Shown piece after piece: positions 58,474-64,000 of a stretch of DNA of 64,000 nt. The stretch spans positions 15,295 to 79,294 of the forward strand of contig JAJXYN010000011.1 of the NCBI GenBank assembly GCA_021780535.1, read 5' to 3'. The position numbers and the translations under genes were made by a program. The DNA is from a bacterium (GTDB lineage: Bacteria > Patescibacteriota > Patescibacteriia > JAGPKW01). A model generated the notes under the pieces. That model saw only the letters and a list, made by a program, of their open reading frames with translations. It had not been told where the DNA came from and searched no databases. How positions within the stretch are numbered: the first letter of the stretch is position 1; each line of letters begins with the position of its first letter.

Positions 58474-59478
58474 ATGCTAAAAAAATTATTCTCTAAAATT
58501 AAGATTAAAACATTAATTGAGATATTTCTCGGCATTTCTCTTCTTTTTATTCCTTTTTTTGTTAATTATTTTAAAACTCCTGCTAATTTTAATTTTACTA
58601 ATAATTCTGATGAACAAATTTTTGTTTTACCAGATTCTAAAGAAGAACCTATTTTAAACCTACTTGATAAAGCAACAAATTCTATTGATATTACTATATA
58701 TCTTTTATCTGATAGAAAAATTATAGAAAAAATAAAAGAATTAAAAAAGAAAAATATTAATATAAGAATTATTTTAGAGAAAACTCCTTTTGGTGGCGGA
58801 TCGGGAAATTATAAAGTTTTTAATGAGCTCCTAAATATTGGTATAAATATAAAATATTCTGATCCTAGATTTGCATTAACTCATGCGAAATATATTGTAA
58901 TTGATAAAAAAGAAGCTTTTATAATGACTTCTAATCTTACTTATTCTGGACTTAATAATGATAGAGATTTTATATTTTATACTTCTGATAATAATATTAT
59001 AAATGAACTAAATAATATTTTTGAAAATGACTTTAATTATAAAAAATATAAATCAAAATTAGACAATCTTGTTGTTAGCCCAGATAATTCTAGAAATAAA
59101 ATTGAGAGCCTTATCAATTCTGCTACTAAATCTATTTATTTATATGGTGAAAATATCGGTGACAATGAAATTGAAAATTTATTAATTAAAAAGTCTAAAG
59201 AAGGAGTGAATATTAAATTGATTCTGCCAGATAATATTGGTCTTGAAAATAATATTCCTGTAATAAATAAACTAAAAGATGCTGGCATTGAAATAAAAAA
59301 TCTAAAAAAACCTTATCAACATGCGAAAATATTAATAATAAATAATTCTGTTATGTATTTAGGTTCTGTTAATTTTTCTACTTATTCTATGGATAGAAAT
59401 AGGGAGGTGGGTGTTATCAGTTTAAATAGGGACTCTATTGATAAGGTTTCTGACACCTTTAATAATGATTTAAAATAA
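58474..59478 (+). CDS. phospholipase D-family protein (two HKD motifs), membrane-anchored/secreted
   Basis: Signal anchor and two HxK(x)4D motifs (LTHAKYIVIDKKEAFIMTSNL and YQHAKILIINNSVMYLGSVNF). Confidence 0.7.
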   Translation: MLKKLFSKIKIKTLIEIFLGISLLFIPFFVNYFKTPANFNFTNNSDEQIFVLPDSKEEPILNLLDKATNSIDITIYLLSDRKIIEKIKELKKKNINIRIILEKTPFGGGSGNYKVFNELLNIGINIKYSDPRFALTHAKYIVIDKKEAFIMTSNLTYSGLNNDRDFIFYTSDNNIINELNNIFENDFNYKKYKSKLDNLVVSPDNSRNKIESLINSATKSIYLYGENIGDNEIENLLIKKSKEGVNIKLILPDNIGLENNIPVINKLKDAGIEIKNLKKPYQHAKILIINNSVMYLGSVNFSTYSMDRNREVGVISLNRDSIDKVSDTFNNDLK

Positions 59479-59509
59479 GCCATTTTTTTATAATTTATAG
59501 CCGTACTAT

Positions 59510-59538
59510 TGACAAAAGTTTATATATGTGTTATCATC
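59510..59538 (+). promoter_or_regulatory. near-consensus sigma70 promoter TTGACA-17-TATCAT driving the GC-rich island
   Basis: TTGACAAAAGTTTATATATGTGTTATCAT. Confidence 0.45.
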
Positions 59539-59544
59539 TTCATT

Positions 59545-60249
59545 ACCAAGATAAGGAATGAGCGAATTCCTCAGCATGAAGTTGCGGATTCCCATTCTGA
59601 ATCTCTGGCGGCGATCCACATCCTAGTGGTTAGCGCCGAAGAACATCCCGCCCCAAACCGCATCGGGGCAGAAAAAACAAACGGAGGTGAAACAGAATGC
59701 ACTGGTTCGAACGTTGTGGGGAAGACCCCCACTCAGCTAGCAACCGCTAGCTTCTCCAACCATCGACATCCTCGGGCATCTTCGTGTGGCCGACGATCTG
59801 CTGCCGCCCCGCCAAAAAATCCTTTTCTACAATGAAAAGGGGTTGGTCAAGTTGGTCGTCACCCACACATCTATTCCTTTTCCGGCCCCTTGCTCCTCCC
59901 CGCAAGAGGCACGACCGGAGGAAGGATCTCTAGATCCCCCTAACGCGTTCCATCGCGAGCGCCCAAAATAGCCCATGAGTCATCGACCTTGTCTGGCTCT
60001 AGGTGGGCTTCTCCCCGTACGCGTCTCCTTATTGGGCCTGTGGCATATCGCCTGGCCCTACGGGACGCCCAAGAACGGGTTGAGATTCGGGCGCAACTTC
60101 CGCGCCAGCCGTGGGGGATCTCAACGCCTTCCTGCTATGGTAAAAGCAGGACATTGATTCGTCAATGCAAACTCTTATCCGGTAAGTCCCGGAACACGTA
60201 AGAGAGTTACCCCCCGATATTCAAATGAGTATCGGGGCTCTTTTTATTT
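59545..60249 (+). other. roughly 700 nt GC-rich island with many local hairpins; candidate large structured ncRNA or horizontally acquired fragment
   Basis: GC is far above the flanks. It has its own promoter and the terminator 60212-60249. Stem-loops include GGAATGAGCGAATTCC, GCCCCAAACCGCATCGGGGC, AGCTAGCAACCGCTAGCT, CCTTTTCTACAATGAAAAGG, GGATCTCTAGATCC, GTTGAGAT...ATCTCAAC and CCTGCTATGGTAAAAGCAGG. Only short overlapping ORFs in several frames. Confidence 0.35.
60212..60249 (+). terminator. rho-independent terminator closing the GC-rich island
   Basis: CCCCGATATTCAAATGAGTATCGGGG followed by CTCTTTTTATTT. Confidence 0.55.
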
Positions 60250-60308
60250 ATTTGATTTTTTTATAAAAATATGTTTTAATATCTAGTAATATTATTTCTA
60301 TATTTAGT

Positions 60309-60400
60309 ATAAATTTACAATAATATTTTCTTTTCATAGTGTTCCGCTCAATTAATTTCAAATGAGCTCACAAATGAACGAAAAGATTATTATAAATTTA
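60309..60400. repeat. about 95 bp palindromic element, copy 4
   Basis: Same core. Arms ATAAATTTACAATAAT paired with ATTATTATAAATTTAT. Flanked by a 9 bp direct repeat TATTTAGTA (60301-60309 and 60401-60409). Confidence 0.6.
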
Positions 60401-60435
60401 TATTTAGTAATTAATTTTAAAATAACTTTAAATAA

Positions 60436-61554
60436 ATGCGAATTGGTATTGATGCTAGAATGTTAGGCGAGAGAGGTATTGGCCGTTATATTGAACAGCT
60501 TATTTTAAATTTGGAAAAACAAGATGTAGAAAACCAATATTATATTTTTTTGAATAAAAATAGCTTTGATAAATATGAACCTAGAGCTTTTAATTTTAAT
60601 AAGGTTTTAGCTGATTATAAATGGTATGGCATTGCTGAACAATTAAAATTTCCTGGATTATTAAAAAAATATAAGCTTGATCTTGTACATTTTCCTCATT
60701 TTAATGTTCCTATTTTCTATAATAAACCTTTTGTTGTTACAATCCATGATCTTATAGCTTTAAAATTCCCAACAACTAGAGCCACTACTCTTGGGCCATT
60801 CCAATATGCTGTTAAAAATTTTTTTTCTAAGTTTGTAATTGTCCATGCTGTTAAGAAAGCAAAAAAAATTATAGCCATTTCTGATTTTACTAAAAATGAT
60901 TTGATGGAATTTTTTAAATTTAATAAAAAACAAGAAAATAAAATAAAAGTTATATACGAAGGGGTTACTAAATTGGACAATGATTCTCAAATTAAGATTC
61001 ATACATCTGAATTTATAGATAAGAACCCACAATTTTTTGGATATGATTTTATTCTTTATATTGGATCTGCTTATCCTCACAAAAATCTTGATAAATTATG
61101 TGAAGCTTTTAAGAGTATAAATGATTTAAAATTGGTATTGGTTGGAAAAGAAGATTATTTTTATAATAAACTAAAAGAAGAATATAAAGATTTAATAAAT
61201 AATAAAATATTTTTAACTGGATATTTAGATGATAAAGAGCTATTAGGCCTTATAAATAAAGCTAAATTTTATATATTTCCATCTCTTTATGAAGGCTTTG
61301 GTTTACCTCCACTTGAAGTTATGCAATATGGCCTTCCTGTTCTTTCTTCTTATTCTTCTTGTTTGCCAGAAATACTTAGAGATTGTGCTGAATATTTTGA
61401 TGCCACAGATACAAATGAAATTATTTCATCTATAAATAAATTAAAAAATAACGAAAATAAACTTAAAGATCTTTCTATAAAGGAGCCATTGTTTGTTAAA
61501 AGATATCAATGGGCTGAATGTATTAGAGAAACTTTGAGTATTTATAAAAATTAA
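60436..61554 (+). CDS. GT4 (group 1) glycosyltransferase
   Basis: C-terminal EGFGLPPLEVMQYGLPVLSS and a GT-B fold. Confidence 0.8.
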   Translation: MRIGIDARMLGERGIGRYIEQLILNLEKQDVENQYYIFLNKNSFDKYEPRAFNFNKVLADYKWYGIAEQLKFPGLLKKYKLDLVHFPHFNVPIFYNKPFVVTIHDLIALKFPTTRATTLGPFQYAVKNFFSKFVIVHAVKKAKKIIAISDFTKNDLMEFFKFNKKQENKIKVIYEGVTKLDNDSQIKIHTSEFIDKNPQFFGYDFILYIGSAYPHKNLDKLCEAFKSINDLKLVLVGKEDYFYNKLKEEYKDLINNKIFLTGYLDDKELLGLINKAKFYIFPSLYEGFGLPPLEVMQYGLPVLSSYSSCLPEILRDCAEYFDATDTNEIISSINKLKNNENKLKDLSIKEPLFVKRYQWAECIRETLSIYKN

Positions 61555-61563
61555 TAAAATTTT

Positions 61564-62307
61564 ATGAAAGGAATTATTCTTGCTGGTGGGAATGGAACAA
61601 GACTTTCTCCTCTTACAAAAGTTACGAGCAAACAGCTTCTCCCAATTTACAACAAACCAATGATTTATTATCCTTTATACACTTTGCTTTCTGCTGGTAT
61701 AAAAGAAATTTTAATAATTGTTTCAAATGATAGACCTGGGGATTTTATGAGATTATTAGGCTCTGGAAAAGAATTTGGAGCTAAATTTACTTACGAAATA
61801 CAAGATAAAGCCAATGGCTTGCCTGAGGCATTTGTTATTGGTGAAGATTTTATGGATAATGAAAATGTTGCAATGATACTTGGAGATAATATTTTTGAAG
61901 ATGATTTTTCTTCTGCTATAAAAAACTTTAAAAGTGGTGGAAAAATTTTTGTTAAAGAAGTGTCAGACCCTGAGAGATTTGGTATTGCAGAGTTTGATAA
62001 TAATGGGAATGTTATACGTATAGAAGAAAAACCTAAACAACCAAAAAGTAATTATGCTATTACTGGTTTATACATATATGATCCTAGAGTTTGTAAATTC
62101 GCAAAAGAGCTAAAACCAACATGGAGACCAGAAACTGATATTACAGATCTTCATAATAAATATTTGGAATTAGGAGAATTATCCGTAGAAAAGGTAAGTG
62201 GTGAATGGATAGATGCTGGGACTTTTGAGACTTTGTTTAAAGCGACTGAACTTGCTAGGAAGAAATTCCATGATATGAATAGATGGGATTTTATAATGAA
62301 AAAATAA
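61564..62307 (+). CDS. sugar-1-phosphate nucleotidyltransferase (RmlA/GalU-like, short form)
   Basis: N-terminus MKGIILAGGNGTRLSPLT...KQLLPIYNKPMIYYPL. Confidence 0.8.
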   Translation: MKGIILAGGNGTRLSPLTKVTSKQLLPIYNKPMIYYPLYTLLSAGIKEILIIVSNDRPGDFMRLLGSGKEFGAKFTYEIQDKANGLPEAFVIGEDFMDNENVAMILGDNIFEDDFSSAIKNFKSGGKIFVKEVSDPERFGIAEFDNNGNVIRIEEKPKQPKSNYAITGLYIYDPRVCKFAKELKPTWRPETDITDLHNKYLELGELSVEKVSGEWIDAGTFETLFKATELARKKFHDMNRWDFIMKK

Positions 62308-62336
62308 AAATATCCTCAAAAAATTGAGGATATTTT

Positions 62337-63656
62337 TTATTGAAGATTTAAATTTGAAATTATATTTTTCCCTTTATCTTTATAAACAACAAATACTGAT
62401 TTATTATCAAAAGATATAACTTTACTGATATTATTTTTATTAGAAATAATATCTAATTCATTAACATTATCACCAATATTTATAAGCTTAATATCATTTT
62501 CTAAAATCAATATTGCATAATTTTTAGAGTAGAAATCTATATCTAATATTTTTTGACTATATCTTGTTGTAAATTTAACACTTTTTTCTTTTCTATCATA
62601 AACATTAAATTCATAATCATTCCAAGATATTATATAGTTTTTATCTATTTTTATATTCTTTCCTGTGATTTTTGTATAATCATTTTTGAAATCTTTAAAA
62701 ATATAAAATGAGTTATTATTGTTAGACAATACAAATTCACCATCTAAATAAAGAATGTCTTGTACATCATCCACTCCTAAATCATCATAAGAATAAACAA
62801 ATCCACTACTTAAATTTTTTTCTATAATTGATGTGTTTTTGATATAAAATATATTATCATTTACATAAACTAAATTATTTTTTTCAAATTGATCATCAAT
62901 AAGCTTAACTGTGTTTGACTGTAAATCCATGCTGTATATAGATTTTCCAGATTTAATAATTATTTCATAGTCATTAAATTCGTTCCAATAAATATTATCT
63001 ATATTTTTTACAAAATTGTCTAAATTTATGAGCCTATCACTGCTTATGTTATTAAATATTGGAATCATGTTTATATCTAAAATAAACAACTTGTCTTCCA
63101 TGTTTATTAATAACTTCGTATTCCGTCTTGACCAAGATATTTTTTTAATTTGTTTACTTGTAGAATAAACATTAAATTCTTCTTTTGTTAAAACGTCGTA
63201 TATAAATATGTTATTTAATTTTGTTTCAGTATTATATCTTACATAAGATATATATTTATTATCACTTGAATAGTAAGTGTTTTCACCAAATTCATTAGCT
63301 GGCGATAGTTCTATATCTTTTAAAACCAAGTCGTAATTAACGAATGATGTTATGGATGGAGTTATTTCAACCTTTTGCTCCCATTCTTTGTACCCATTTT
63401 TTACAAGTTTTAAATTATATTCTCCTGGAGTTAATTGATTTACTATTGCTGGTGTTTTTTGATTGATTTTTTTATCATTTAGATATATCTCTGTCTTGTT
63501 TGGATTTGTATTTATATACAGACTACCTGTCTGTATAAGTCTAAAATTTTTAAAATCTATCCTGTACCCACTATAAACTATAAGCGTGAGAGCTGTTACT
63601 GATATAGACAGTGTTGTAAACAGAAAAACACTGACTAATCTTAGTTTTTTATTCAT
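62337..63656 (-). CDS. secreted/membrane-anchored protein with PEGA-like domain
   Basis: N-terminal signal anchor. PEGA-like segment NPNKTEIYLNDKKINQKTPAIVNQLTPGEYNLKLVKNGYKEWEQKVEI. The rest is beta-rich and uncharacterised. Confidence 0.45.
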   Translation of the reverse strand: MNKKLRLVSVFLFTTLSISVTALTLIVYSGYRIDFKNFRLIQTGSLYINTNPNKTEIYLNDKKINQKTPAIVNQLTPGEYNLKLVKNGYKEWEQKVEITPSITSFVNYDLVLKDIELSPANEFGENTYYSSDNKYISYVRYNTETKLNNIFIYDVLTKEEFNVYSTSKQIKKISWSRRNTKLLINMEDKLFILDINMIPIFNNISSDRLINLDNFVKNIDNIYWNEFNDYEIIIKSGKSIYSMDLQSNTVKLIDDQFEKNNLVYVNDNIFYIKNTSIIEKNLSSGFVYSYDDLGVDDVQDILYLDGEFVLSNNNNSFYIFKDFKNDYTKITGKNIKIDKNYIISWNDYEFNVYDRKEKSVKFTTRYSQKILDIDFYSKNYAILILENDIKLINIGDNVNELDIISNKNNISKVISFDNKSVFVVYKDKGKNIISNLNLQ

Positions 63657-63779
63657 AAATAATTGTTATTTTATCTAATAGAATATACAATATATTAGGT
63701 AAAAAAGCAACCCAATAAGGCAATAGAATAAGAACCGCTTTCGGCGGATGAGAATAAATAAGAATTTTTTAAATATATT

Positions 63780-64000
63780 ATGACTATTAAATATAAAATT
63801 ATTTACACTAAACGTAAAAGCTTAGCAATTATTATTAAAAACGATGGCGAAGTTCATGTTAGAGCCCCAAAACACAAATTTTTTGATAGTTCTAAAATAG
63901 AAGAATTTGTTTATAGTAAAAAAGAGTGGATAGCTACTAATGTTGATAAAATGAAAAAGAACGCAAAAGAGAAAAAACCAGAGATGTCACCGAAAGAAAG
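63780..64000 (+). CDS. 5' part of a YgjP/DUF45-like metal-dependent hydrolase (partial at window edge)
   Basis: N-terminus MTIKYKIIYTKRKSLAIIIKNDGEVHVRAPKHKF...KKEWI matches the DUF45 N-terminal pattern. Confidence 0.4.
   Translation, partial: MTIKYKIIYTKRKSLAIIIKNDGEVHVRAPKHKFFDSSKIEEFVYSKKEWIATNVDKMKKNAKEKKPEMSPKE

Noticed and set aside
59509-60201. Four + strand ORFs in the six-frame track (59509-59835, 59786-59971, 59975-60157, 59989-60201) inside the GC-rich island
   Set aside because: They overlap in different frames and have no RBS. Their composition is Pro/Arg/Ala-rich in the way expected from random translation of GC-rich DNA. The region is better explained as a structured RNA or a non-coding foreign fragment.
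59545-60249. Known structured RNAs in the GC island: RNase P, tmRNA, SRP RNA, 5S rRNA, cobalamin riboswitch, group II intron domain V, and a tRNA suggested by the GGTTCGAAC T-loop-like motif
   Set aside because: Some short partial resemblances exist (GGTAAGTCCCGG, GTAAGAG, CCGGAGGAAGG, GGTTCGAAC). None occurs in the right order or context. There is no GGGG...CCA tmRNA frame and no cloverleaf. Not assignable by eye, so it needs cmscan.
60301-60409. The 9 bp direct repeat TATTTAGTA flanking palindromic-element copy 4, read as a definitive target-site duplication
   Set aside because: Only one of the four copies shows it, and 9-mers of this composition are common in 30%-GC DNA. It is kept as a hint inside the main finding rather than as proof of mobility.

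Overview
This is a 64 kb, AT-rich (about 30% GC) bacterial chromosome segment that is almost entirely + strand, with short intergenic spacers. The gene content suggests a CPR/Patescibacteria-like organism (inference): tandem DUF4012-like paralogs, the minimal informational genes prfA, archaeal-type aspS with gatC-gatA-gatB, lepA, frr, rseP and proS, and the peptidoglycan/rod-shape genes for M23 peptidase, mreB, mreC, mreD-like and PBP2. Left to right the window holds: a GT2 and two tandem DUF4012-like membrane proteins; prfA; an M23 peptidase; aspS plus gatCAB with an inserted membrane ORF; a secreted Kazal-like protein; an efflux locus (AbrB-like regulator, MATE, HlyD adaptor, MacB-type ATPase, two FtsX permeases); lepA; parvulin PPIase, frr, rseP, proS; the mreBCD-mrdA cluster; and a long surface-polysaccharide locus (about 34.4 to 62.3 kb). 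That locus encodes ugd, UDP-xylose synthase, seven GT2 and one GT4 glycosyltransferases, two methyltransferases, an acetyltransferase, a B12 radical SAM protein, large polytopic membrane proteins and a sugar nucleotidyltransferase. Four things stand out. (1) A family of about 95 bp palindromic elements with a conserved core and co-varying arms occurs four times in intergenic DNA. (2) A family of promoter-carrying repeats is attached to small minus-strand accessory genes (NYN, four-helix-bundle/Avd-like, two orphan MazF/PemK-like toxins, DUF3800, and a RAYT-type IS200-like transposase) wedged into the polysaccharide locus. (3) Two sharply GC-rich islands (about 54.60 to 54.83 kb and 59.55 to 60.25 kb) sit in the AT-rich background; the larger has a near-consensus promoter and an intrinsic terminator and looks like an unclassified, roughly 700 nt structured RNA or foreign DNA. 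(4) Promoter plus terminator modules look like small cis-antisense RNAs next to the toxin and DUF3800 genes. I found no CRISPR array, rRNA or tRNA.
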